32,381 nt of DNA, taken from assembly GCA_027923505.1 (NCBI GenBank), contig BROI01000040.1:62001-94381 (forward strand), given 5' to 3'. This DNA comes from Mayamaea pseudoterrestris. Taxonomy: Eukaryota. A model generated the notes under the pieces. The model saw nothing but the letters and a program-made list of their open reading frames with translations. It made no database searches and was not told the DNA's origin. A program made the position numbers and the translations under genes. Of this stretch, positions 10,154-19,715 are shown piece by piece (positions within the stretch are counted from its first letter, which is position 1; each line of letters begins with the position of its first letter).

Positions 10154-10452
10154 GAAAGACAGCTACCGTTTATACATAGCAACAACAAAGAAAAAAAGAA
10201 AGGTGAAGGCATGCGAAATGGCGACGTTGCTTGCGAAAACGGAGTACAGTATCTACATACACACGACTGCGTTTCTCCGAGAGGGCTATTGTTTGACACG
10301 TTTTCATTGCCGTGAAACACGCCATTTGCGGTGCGACAGTGACAGTCAGCGTCCCTTCCTTCCACCATGGAACGGCGCGATCATCACAAGCAAAGCATCA
10401 CATCGTAAACTCCTTCACTGAGTTTCACTAAACACCTGTATATAGGAGAATC

Positions 10453-12468
10453 ATGAATGACGAGGAAGTAAATAACGAGGAACATACGGACCATTCGAGC
10501 TTGACGCAAAGCGAATCGTCGCTCTCCGCGAACGACGAGTCTCGCGCTGCTCATGACGCCATTACTCCAGCATCGGAGGAAGAAGAAGACGAAACGCCTG
10601 CAGCAGCGCATGACGACGACGACGACGAACACAATATCGCTTACCCTTCGAACGCAAGCGGCAAGAAGAAGGCGAGTGACTTTAACGAGCATGTGATTGA
10701 ATCCAGCTGGGAAGAATGCAAGGATTTGTCACGGCGCAAAGCGAGCGATCATGATGATGCAGCTGCACCTTTCACTGCACCATCGACGTCAATGAGCATG
10801 GACAAGCAGCCGTTTCTAAATGCTGCTCCTTCTACGTCCACGAATCGATTCGAATTAAGCAGAGATACTCATCCCATGGTATCAGCAATCACAACTGCAA
10901 CAACACCAGGCGCTCGTCGCGTCTACCCCAGCAGCCACTACGATAACGAAAACAACGCCATTCACCGCGAGGCCGCCGAACCCAGTGAGGAGTTTGAATA
11001 CGACGAGACGCTGGTCCACGCGGGCGTGCCGGCTACCGACCAAACTATTCCGGAGCAGCCCGTGCTGGTGGGCATGGTGGTCGACACGAGCGCCACGAGC
11101 GAGCAGTTTCCGGCGCTCGACGCCACGCCCGTGCAGGGCATGTACATTCAACGCAAGCGGTGCCTGTGGCTGTCGACCGTATTGATGGTGCTGCTGCTCT
11201 GCGTCGTGATTGGATTGTCGGTTGGATTGACAATGACGCGTCACGCAAGCTCCTCGGAGGCTGCACCACCAGCATCTTCGTCCTTTCAACTACCGCCCAC
11301 CATTTCCCGGCTCGTACTCACTTTGCCGTCAACTACCATTGAGATTCTGCGTAGCGAACTCCCTGTTGACAGTCGCGCAAACTCCAACTGGTACAAGTTG
11401 ACCAACGTTTGGGCCAATGATACTTTCACGCCGGTTACGCCGCAGGGCAAGGCGTGGCAGTGGCTGATTCGCGATCCCAGTCGCCAATTTTCTCGTTCAC
11501 TCGAGGACGTGACACTGCGCTTTGTATTGGCCACCTTTTACTATAGCACGAATGGACCGCAGTGGATCAATAGCACCAACTGGCTCGGCACAAAACACGT
11601 GTGCCATTGGTACACGGACGACTTTCGGTTCTACGACGCGGCGCGCTTTGACAGTGCGGCGGCGTCGTGTCTCGTGAATGGATACACGCAACTGTCACTG
11701 CAGAGCAACAATTTGAATGGCACCGTTCCCGAGGAGTTTTGCATGCTGTCCAGTTTGGAGTTTTTGAAACTGTCGGGTAATGCTCTTCGTGGAACCTTAT
11801 CGGCCGCCATGTGGGAAAGTTGGGCCAACTTGCGATCGATTCTCTTGTATGACAATCAGTTTTCCGGCACGTTTCCAAGCACGGTGGGTCGTTTGACGGA
11901 GGTTGGCTGGTTTTGGGTGCAGTCCAATCGATTCTCCGGTAGTCTGCCGTCGGAAATGGGAAACATGCAGAGTCTCAGCCAAGTTGACTTGGACGACAAT
12001 ATGTTGAGCAGCACATTGCCATCACAACTCGGACGACTTTTCAACGTGCAAGAGTTTTCAGCCTACAACAATCGACTGACGGGACCAGTGCCGACGGAAC
12101 TGTTTAATCCGCAGGCATTGTCCGTGTTGGACCTTGCGTCGAATCGATTGTCCGGCACACTTGCCAGCGAAATTGGCCAGTTGACGAAACTAAACTACTT
12201 GTCGTTGAACGATAACGTTTTGAAAGGATCCATGCCGACGCAATTGGGCGAGTTGACTACCTTGTTTGGCATGGACTTTTCCAACAATACGCGATTGACG
12301 GGGTCGATTCCGGACGAACTGAGTGAGCTTGTGCGGCTGGCGAGTCTGCAAATGTTTGGCACGAACATTTCGGGTCGCATTCCTAGCAGTGTCTGCGAAG
12401 CCAGCAATGGAAACATTGCCATTGACTGCAATCTCGTTCAATGTGACTGCAACTGCACCTGCATTTAA
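10453..12468 (+). CDS. Membrane-anchored leucine-rich repeat receptor-like protein (diatom type), paralog 1
   Basis: 671 aa. Acidic disordered N-terminus with a PGA motif, RKR followed by a TM helix, LRR N-cap (RFVLATFYYSTNGPQW..WLGTKHVCHW), plant-type LRRs (LxxNxLSGxLPSxLGxL) and a CDCNCTC C-cap. No kinase domain. Confidence 0.9.
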   Translation: MNDEEVNNEEHTDHSSLTQSESSLSANDESRAAHDAITPASEEEEDETPAAAHDDDDDEHNIAYPSNASGKKKASDFNEHVIESSWEECKDLSRRKASDHDDAAAPFTAPSTSMSMDKQPFLNAAPSTSTNRFELSRDTHPMVSAITTATTPGARRVYPSSHYDNENNAIHREAAEPSEEFEYDETLVHAGVPATDQTIPEQPVLVGMVVDTSATSEQFPALDATPVQGMYIQRKRCLWLSTVLMVLLLCVVIGLSVGLTMTRHASSSEAAPPASSSFQLPPTISRLVLTLPSTTIEILRSELPVDSRANSNWYKLTNVWANDTFTPVTPQGKAWQWLIRDPSRQFSRSLEDVTLRFVLATFYYSTNGPQWINSTNWLGTKHVCHWYTDDFRFYDAARFDSAAASCLVNGYTQLSLQSNNLNGTVPEEFCMLSSLEFLKLSGNALRGTLSAAMWESWANLRSILLYDNQFSGTFPSTVGRLTEVGWFWVQSNRFSGSLPSEMGNMQSLSQVDLDDNMLSSTLPSQLGRLFNVQEFSAYNNRLTGPVPTELFNPQALSVLDLASNRLSGTLASEIGQLTKLNYLSLNDNVLKGSMPTQLGELTTLFGMDFSNNTRLTGSIPDELSELVRLASLQMFGTNISGRIPSSVCEASNGNIAIDCNLVQCDCNCTCI

Positions 12469-13450
12469 GTTTGGACAAGCTTTTGGAAGGCCGGCATTCA
12501 ACTGCGTTTGGAGATGCTAGGTGCTCGAGGCAACGGCAGCTTTGGCGGCTTTGACAGTCAAGGAAACTCTCGCGAAGATGACGCGACGCCATTTAAACGC
12601 CAGCGCATATTGCCACCTTGAAAACCTCGCAAGTCGAAGCGCTGATTGTTGCTCCAACTGCAACGTGCATCCATCAAAAGGGTGGCTGCAACCCATTGGC
12701 TGCGAATGGTGGCCTTTTTTCGCCATGAACTCTGCCACTGACACTGCTAGACGTTCGACGAGGCAATGCCGCTCCGTGTACAAATACAACTGGATAAGTT
12801 GGCGACGTTTCTCGTCTTTTGCTTGCGACAACCAAGTGCAACGGTCGTCTCGTTTTTTCGATGCGTGAGCAACGAGTGCTCGGCTCGTTTGACCAGCGGT
12901 GGCGCATGCTTTTATCATGAAGAAACGCACAAGCTACTTTTAAAATCACCATTAAGACTACTTGTCGCAGCATTGTATCGGAAATTGGGCAGAGAGTATG
13001 CGTGACGAATCGTTCGAAACACCAGCGCAGTTGCCAGCTTGACGAGGGAGGCAAATGAAACAGCAGCAGCCACCGCATTGTTCCTGGAGCTTTCATTGTA
13101 AATTAACATACTACAAATGCTTTCTTGTTGTCAATGTCTATCATTGTATCATCTCATTTGTTGCATGGATTGTAAATTTGTCAAAGTATTTGTGCTTGCA
13201 AAACGGCTGCTGCGCGCATGATTGAAGGGCAATAGTGCATCGTTGATCCTATTGGCTGAAAGACTTCTTTGGACATATTAATCGTGCCAAAATAGCATTG
13301 CCCTGTCGTCATTTTGATCAACGTCAGCCAATCAGTGACTCGTATTCACGTGCCTGCAAATTGCATCTGTGACTCGCGCATCGCGCCGTCACGGAAACAA
13401 TTCCACCTTCTGCACAGCAACTGCAACTCTGCAAGTATTCATTTCCCAAC

Positions 13451-15472
13451 ATGAGTGAACCAAAGGAGAATCCTTCTTCCGGCATGTCCGAGTCGCTGGA
13501 AAAGCCAAGCGAGCGGAAAGCTGCTTGCAAAGACGACTTGGCAGACTCCGCAAATAATGCTACAGAAGAATCAAATCGTTTGGCCTCACTGTCAACAGCA
13601 AGCAACATTGACGCTCCATTAGCCGACGGCAGCAAGCAAGACAAGAATGAATATACAAATTCTTCTACAGTTACATTAAAGGATTGTATCACAAACTACA
13701 GGATGGATGTGACGGCAGCCTTGAACGACGTTGCATCTAACAGAGGCAACGCCAAGCAATCTCGCGCAAGCCATGCAAGCCTTGCTGCTGCTATTGCTGC
13801 AACCAATTTACTACTCGACGAGCAGCACCAGCAACCGTCGCATGTTCACATTCAACCAGGCGCATGTCGCGTCTATCCCAGCAACTACACCCAGCCGTCG
13901 GGCAGTGCGGAGCCAAGCGTCGACTTTGACTACGACGAAGCTTTGGTGCATGCGGGCGTTCCAACTGAAAACACGGAACATGATGATCCAGTACTGTTTG
14001 GCATGGTGGTGGATGTGAATGAAAGTGCTCCCATGGAGGCGTATCCAACGATCAACGCCACACCGGTGCAAGGATTCTACGTCAAACGACGCCGCTGCAT
14101 TTGGCTGTGTTGCGGCTTGCTGCTCGCGTTAATTGCAATTGGAGTGACCGCCGGCTTGCTGGCGCCAAACAACAACAACTCCAAGGCGTTCAAGGTGGTA
14201 CCCTACAAGCTGCCGCCCACCATTGCACGATTGGCCGCCAGTCTGCCGCGCGACACCATAGTGACGCTGCAGAGCGAGCTTCCCGTGTCAATTCGTCGCG
14301 ACGTGAACTGGTACAAGTCGAGCCTCTGGGCCAGCGACAGCTTTCAACCAAAGACGCCGCAGGGCATGGCCTGGAAGTGGCTGATTGCGGATCCGCAGTC
14401 GCAGTCCCTGAACGACGTTTCCATTCGCTACGGCTTGGCCTCCTTTTATTTTGCGACCAATGGCAGCCACTGGTACAATCACACCCACTGGCTCAGCACC
14501 AAGCATGTTTGTCACTGGTACATGGATGACTTTGTGCCGTACGAGTCGGTCAAGTACGACAGCGCCGCCGAAAACTGCTTGTCGCGGGGATTCTATCAAC
14601 TGTCCCTGCTCAACAATAACCTCGTGGGCACCATTCCCAACGAGTTTGCCATGGTGTCCAACTTGCATCTGCTGCGACTCGGTGACAATGCACTCACTGG
14701 CACGATTAGCGACAAAGTGTGGGCCAGTTGGGCCACGGTGCAGGGTTTGCAGCTGCAGGGCAATTTCTTGTCGGGGACCATATCCAGCGCCATTGGCTTG
14801 TTGACCAACGCCAACATGCTGTGGCTGCACGCCAATAGGTTTTCCGGCAGTCTTCCGACGGAAATGCAACACTTGATTCAACTGTGGGAGTTTGTGGCAG
14901 ACGACAACGAGCGACTGTCGGGAAGTCTGCCGTCGCAACTGGGAAGAATGAGCAACGTGAAAAAGTTTAGCGTGGCCAACAATGACTTGACGGGAACGAT
15001 TCCGACCGAGCTATTTCAATTAAAGGATTTACGAGTCTTGGGTCTTGGTTCCAACCAATTATCCGGTTCGCTGCCGACGGAAATTGGCTTTTGTTCGCAG
15101 TTTCAATATCTGCAGTTGAGTCGCAACAACATGACGGGGTCTCTTCCGAGCGAGCTTGGTCGTTTGACGACGGTGAGCGTGTTGTTTCTGGACAACAACA
15201 AGTTTGAAGGAACCTTATCGACGATGCTTGGACGCCTCACTAGTTTGGACATTTTGGATGTATCTGGCACGACCATTAGTGGTGCAATACCGTCCGAACT
15301 GTCGCAGCTGCCGCAACTGAATAGCTTGCGCGTCTTTGATACACGCTTGTCGGGAAGTGTTCCTGAAGGTGTCTGCCGATCCTTTTCGCTGCAGCGTGCG
15401 AACGATGGCATTGTCATTGATTGTGATCAGGTTCGTTGCGATTGCAACTGTACGTGCGGATCAGATTTGTAA
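13451..15472 (+). CDS. Membrane-anchored leucine-rich repeat receptor-like protein (diatom type), paralog 2
   Basis: 673 aa, same architecture as 10453..12468. Shared blocks include PGAxRVYPS, YDExLVHAGVP, GMVVD, LPPTI, TPQGxAWxWLIxDP, TKHVCHWYxDDF and CDCNCTC. Confidence 0.9.
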   Translation: MSEPKENPSSGMSESLEKPSERKAACKDDLADSANNATEESNRLASLSTASNIDAPLADGSKQDKNEYTNSSTVTLKDCITNYRMDVTAALNDVASNRGNAKQSRASHASLAAAIAATNLLLDEQHQQPSHVHIQPGACRVYPSNYTQPSGSAEPSVDFDYDEALVHAGVPTENTEHDDPVLFGMVVDVNESAPMEAYPTINATPVQGFYVKRRRCIWLCCGLLLALIAIGVTAGLLAPNNNNSKAFKVVPYKLPPTIARLAASLPRDTIVTLQSELPVSIRRDVNWYKSSLWASDSFQPKTPQGMAWKWLIADPQSQSLNDVSIRYGLASFYFATNGSHWYNHTHWLSTKHVCHWYMDDFVPYESVKYDSAAENCLSRGFYQLSLLNNNLVGTIPNEFAMVSNLHLLRLGDNALTGTISDKVWASWATVQGLQLQGNFLSGTISSAIGLLTNANMLWLHANRFSGSLPTEMQHLIQLWEFVADDNERLSGSLPSQLGRMSNVKKFSVANNDLTGTIPTELFQLKDLRVLGLGSNQLSGSLPTEIGFCSQFQYLQLSRNNMTGSLPSELGRLTTVSVLFLDNNKFEGTLSTMLGRLTSLDILDVSGTTISGAIPSELSQLPQLNSLRVFDTRLSGSVPEGVCRSFSLQRANDGIVIDCDQVRCDCNCTCGSDL

Positions 15473-15814
15473 ATTTTGTTGTTGTATTGTTGGTCCGCTG
15501 AAGGGGCAAGTGGCGTTGCTCCATTGAAAATGCCGAGACGCGATGTCTCGTCAAAGGCTACAGCACCTCGCGAGATGGACGACAGTTTGTCGTTATCATT
15601 TTGCTAAACGATGCAAAGCACGAGTGCCATGGGACGAGCGGCATGAATTGTTGTCGTGACGCATGGTCTGAGCGATCAATACGAGTGAAGAGTTGTATAT
15701 GATGTTATGAAGCAATGTTACGTATTAGAATTAACTATCACTTTATAACCGATGCCAAGACATTATCGTTGTTAATGTGTTAAAAATAAAATCCGTTTCA
15801 GTGACGCCCAGGTA

Positions 15815-18814
15815 TTAACGGTACAAATACAAGTCCGCACGAGGGTCGTCGAGAGCGTTATCGTGTGGGTCGGCACCATCAATACCGTTTCGCGGAACGG
15901 GACGGGCAGCTAGATAACGGCGCGATCGTCGTCTGGGAGCACGCCCAATATGCGGCGCATCTACTACCGCAGCCGCAGCAATGTCTGCGCGAGGGGCTGC
16001 GTCCAACACAGGATTTGGCGGTTGAGGAGCATTTGGTATATCGCCCATTCGCATCCGATGAGCAACGTATCTGTTGAAGTGAATTGGCCGCTCCGGCGCC
16101 ATATCATGGAATGGATCAAGATTGTCATCCATAGGTCCGCCAATCATGAAATCACGGACAGGAGCAATTGCCGGCTCGCCTTCGTGTAAATCGTCGCCCA
16201 CTTCGCCCAATGGACGCACAAGTGGCAAGTGATCGAGGCCTTGCTGAAAACGCGCCAGCTCATTCAAACGATCAAGTTCAAGTTGTGCCTCAAAAGCACC
16301 GGCTGCAGGTACATTCCTTCGTGGTGGTCGTTGCGGACGGGCAATATGCCGACCATTACGCCCTATAGCACGTGGCGCTGGAACAAGCGCCCGGTACGCA
16401 GCATCATGCGCCTGGTGCGGAGCATTAAAAAATAAAGCGTCGTCATCAATGTCCGCAGCTGCAATCTCAACCTGCTGCAAACGTTGCCCAGCCTCGAGCC
16501 GATGAGCTCGACGAAGAGCCTCGCGATCGACATTCATATAATGATGAGCAGCGCGGTGCAAAGGAACACCCAATTCGTGCAAACGTCGCGCCATGGCCTC
16601 AAAACCGCCATTGAAAGCATTGGCCAATGGCTCGGGAGCAGCACCAATAGGCCGCACATCACGAGCTTGCGGTGCATCCTCGCCACCTCCCCGACCCATC
16701 TGAATGGGCAAGGCCATGGCTGGTGGTGCTCGAGCACCAAGAATTCGGCGGGCTCGTGCAGCATTGCGGTGAAAGGCAAGCCGATCATCAGCACGGCGGT
16801 GAACAACAAGCCGTCTACCAACGCGGCCCGGAACATTTAAATCATTCGCGGCGCCTTCTGCCAAGCGTCCGTCATCATCACCATCGAACCGAAGGTGAAC
16901 AGCAAGGTCAACAGCAAGGGCAGGCTGGATCAAATCATTTATATTCATTTCCATATCATCATCCAAGAAATCAACTGGATGAGCAAGGTGCGCTGGAATG
17001 CCGTTCAAAAAGTCGAGACCATCACGCCTTGCATCCTGAGGATCTTCCGGGGTTGGATGCGCCAAATTGTGCGCGGCCCGACGCACCAAGGCCAGCGCAT
17101 CGCCGCGAGGGACACCCAAAAAGTCGGCAATGTTGCGCTTAAGTGCCTGCGACGTTTCCGTCCCGCGATCCAACAAGGTCAATGGACTTCTCAAAGCTGG
17201 AGGAACATTTGGTCGCCGAATGCAAATGCCAGCCAAGAAATCGTACACAAACGTCTGATACAAGGCAAGCTTGTCCTGCAAGTAAACCTCCAAGGCTTCT
17301 CGCGTCACCGTTTCACCTCCAGGATGTGTCGACAAGGCATGGCAGGTTTGTGCCACGGCACGCATGGCAACATCAAAGTCTTGTCGCAGCTCAACACTTG
17401 CAAATCGCAAGACGCGTCCATTCAAGTCCACCGCCTGCAGCACAAAGTCTCGATCCGCCTTTAACGCCGTTCCAACCCTGACGAAGTCGCGCCAACAATT
17501 TTGCGCTACCTCCAAGGCCAACTCTCGATCCGTCTGCAGCAGCGACGCAAACGAGCGGCGGACAGGACACTTGCGGCGGATCCATGCCAGTGCAACGTTG
17601 CGGTTCGTCCAAATGGCAGCCGATCGAACCTGGGTGGGAAACTTGTTCAAATTGTCTTCCGCTGACTCTGCAATCGCCTTGATCAAGATTTCGGGATGCG
17701 TTTCCAACAAGGTGGCCGTCAAACTTGTAATCACATCAAGTGCCGTCGTTGCGTCAATGGCCGTCATGATAATTTCCGGATGGTGGCGCAAGCGGTTGCT
17801 GCAGTACGGAAACAAGGTGCGATCCTTATGCAAAATGGCCATCATGACATCCTCATTATCCTTGAACGCTTCCTGATTGTTCATAAACAGCTCCTTGACA
17901 AAGGCTGCGTCGCCCCGTCGCGCCATGGACAAGACCACATTTGTGTCACGTTGCAGCGACGGATTCTGCGCCAGCGCCTTGACAATGACGGTATGATGCG
18001 CCGTCTCCGCCGTGACAGCCGCACGCGCAATCTCCAACTGCAGTTGCTCCTGCTGGCGCAGCTCCAAGTACAGGGCCGCTTGGCGGTGCACCGCCTCCAA
18101 TATAAAGGCGTGATTGTGCTGCAGCTCCTCCGGGCAAAAGCGCCAGCGCAAGCCATGCGCCAAGGCCACCAGCAGCAACTCCTTGTCCGCTCGCAAGTGT
18201 TTGTCCTTGATTAACCGATACATGGGCCCCGCTTGCTTTGTGCTCTTTAATACCATGAGCATAAAGTCGCGGTCAGACGTCAGCGCGTCGCGGACTGGTC
18301 CAGTGGGACAAAACTCCAATGCGCGTCCATTGCTGCGGCACGCCAGCTCCACGAGCGCTCGATGACTCTGCAAACTGCGACTGGCGTACTGCAGCTCCAT
18401 GCCGTCCAACGATACGGCCGTTTCGACAACATCGTAGTCATGGATCAATCGCTCACTGCACTCCTGCAGCGATCGCGGAATCTTGCGGCAATACTCGAGC
18501 ATGACTTGCTTGTCGTCGCGCAGTGAATCGGGAACGTACAGTAAGCGATCACTGTACAAGTGTGGAAAATCGGGGCGGTGACAAAAGCTAATGATTATGT
18601 CTCGATCCATGCGCAGTTCGTCCGAAAACAGTCGTTCAAAGTCGGATTTATCGGGTAGTTGCTTCGCGTTGGCGAGTTGCAGCATTATAAACTCCTTGTC
18701 ATTCTTATAGGCCATCTTGAGCGAGGACCAGCGCGAGGTGTCTTGCCGTAAGGCTTCGAGCGCCAGCAAGCGATCGCGCGTGGATGAAACTGATGGTGGT
18801 GTAACAGTCGTCAT
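15815..18814 (-). CDS. DUF4116-repeat protein with low-complexity C-terminal extension
   Basis: 999 aa ORF with repeated D(R/K)x(F/V)VxxAVxxNGxALxFAS-like units (DYDVVETAVSLDGMELQYAS, DRDFVLQAVDLNGRVLRFASVELRQD). The last ~400 aa are Ala/Arg/Asp/Pro rich. Confidence 0.8.
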   Translation of the reverse strand: MTTVTPPSVSSTRDRLLALEALRQDTSRWSSLKMAYKNDKEFIMLQLANAKQLPDKSDFERLFSDELRMDRDIIISFCHRPDFPHLYSDRLLYVPDSLRDDKQVMLEYCRKIPRSLQECSERLIHDYDVVETAVSLDGMELQYASRSLQSHRALVELACRSNGRALEFCPTGPVRDALTSDRDFMLMVLKSTKQAGPMYRLIKDKHLRADKELLLVALAHGLRWRFCPEELQHNHAFILEAVHRQAALYLELRQQEQLQLEIARAAVTAETAHHTVIVKALAQNPSLQRDTNVVLSMARRGDAAFVKELFMNNQEAFKDNEDVMMAILHKDRTLFPYCSNRLRHHPEIIMTAIDATTALDVITSLTATLLETHPEILIKAIAESAEDNLNKFPTQVRSAAIWTNRNVALAWIRRKCPVRRSFASLLQTDRELALEVAQNCWRDFVRVGTALKADRDFVLQAVDLNGRVLRFASVELRQDFDVAMRAVAQTCHALSTHPGGETVTREALEVYLQDKLALYQTFVYDFLAGICIRRPNVPPALRSPLTLLDRGTETSQALKRNIADFLGVPRGDALALVRRAAHNLAHPTPEDPQDARRDGLDFLNGIPAHLAHPVDFLDDDMEMNINDLIQPALAVDLAVHLRFDGDDDGRLAEGAANDLNVPGRVGRRLVVHRRADDRLAFHRNAARARRILGARAPPAMALPIQMGRGGGEDAPQARDVRPIGAAPEPLANAFNGGFEAMARRLHELGVPLHRAAHHYMNVDREALRRAHRLEAGQRLQQVEIAAADIDDDALFFNAPHQAHDAAYRALVPAPRAIGRNGRHIARPQRPPRRNVPAAGAFEAQLELDRLNELARFQQGLDHLPLVRPLGEVGDDLHEGEPAIAPVRDFMIGGPMDDNLDPFHDMAPERPIHFNRYVAHRMRMGDIPNAPQPPNPVLDAAPRADIAAAAVVDAPHIGRAPRRRSRRYLAARPVPRNGIDGADPHDNALDDPRADLYLYR

Positions 18815-19211
18815 GGTAGTATAGATTGCTGTTAATTTAATTGCTTTTGTAGATTGTTTGTCTCGGTAGATTGTTCGTTTCGTAATAGTCTTGGAAGAAA
18901 GGGAAATAAATCAGAAAAATGAGCGACGTTTTGAATGGAATCATTCATCGCAACAGCAAAATTCGTAGCTCCTCACGTACCTGTTGCTGCTTTATAATCT
19001 CTCAAAATTAATTATTTCTTCTCTGCGCAAGTGAATTGATTGATTGATTGCTGCTGCTGCTGCGAATGAAACAAAATGTATCATGAATGAGCGTGATGGT
19101 GTCAAACATTGAATCAAATAAGGCAAGCAGCGCTCCCTCTCATGACTCACCTCTCAAGCGCGATAAGCTTTTCGCGATGGCTGTCGTTTCACCTTTGCCG
19201 CAGATAAAAAC

Positions 19212-19240
19212 TCGTTCGTTCGTTCGTTCGCTTGCTTGCT
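19212..19240. repeat. Short compound microsatellite (TCGT)4 then (GCTT)n in a divergent intergenic region
   Basis: Sequence tcgttcgttcgttcgttcgcttgcttgct. Confidence 0.7.
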
Positions 19241-19715
19241 GAGTCCGAGTCAAACGTCGAATCGTGGCTTGCAATCGTTTGCTTGCTGGAACGCTCGCTT
19301 TTATTCTAAAAACGCTCGAGTGAGTGAGAGCCTTGCGCGCGCGCTAATATGAAAGAGATTGGACGATCGGATTGTAGAGTCCAAGATGAGAGAGTCGTTC
19401 GCTTCTTGTTTACTGGATCAGCGGCAGCCGAAAATCCAGGCGTGCCATGGTGGTCTCGATGGCCGAAACGGCTGCTTACGTAGGATCCACAACGGAGTCT
19501 ACGCAAAGGCTCGGCCTGCGCGCGCGCGCCGTGAACCTCCACTACCAGAAGCACAGCCGCCAAGTCAGTCAAAACGTGACGGATCGCTTTTGGCGATTTC
19601 GAATCCATCCAATCCTTTTTGGCGCATTCACTCCAAGAGACGAGAGGTGCGAGTGTAAAGCAAGCGAAGCAACGTAGAGTCACTAGCAATATATAAAAGA
19701 AGAAGCCAAGTAGTC

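Noticed and set aside
12517..13096. Possible small minus-strand gene between the LRR paralogs (MLRQVVLMVILKVACAF.. from 12973 resembles a signal peptide plus AF plastid motif)
   Set aside because: Short overlapping ORFs in two frames, no recognisable domain and no clear splice solution. Could be a remnant but cannot be supported.
19306..19689. Short ORFs upstream of the 1785 aa gene and in 29779-30395
   Set aside because: Non-ATG or low-complexity ORFs with no recognisable motifs. They lie in intergenic or microsatellite-containing sequence.
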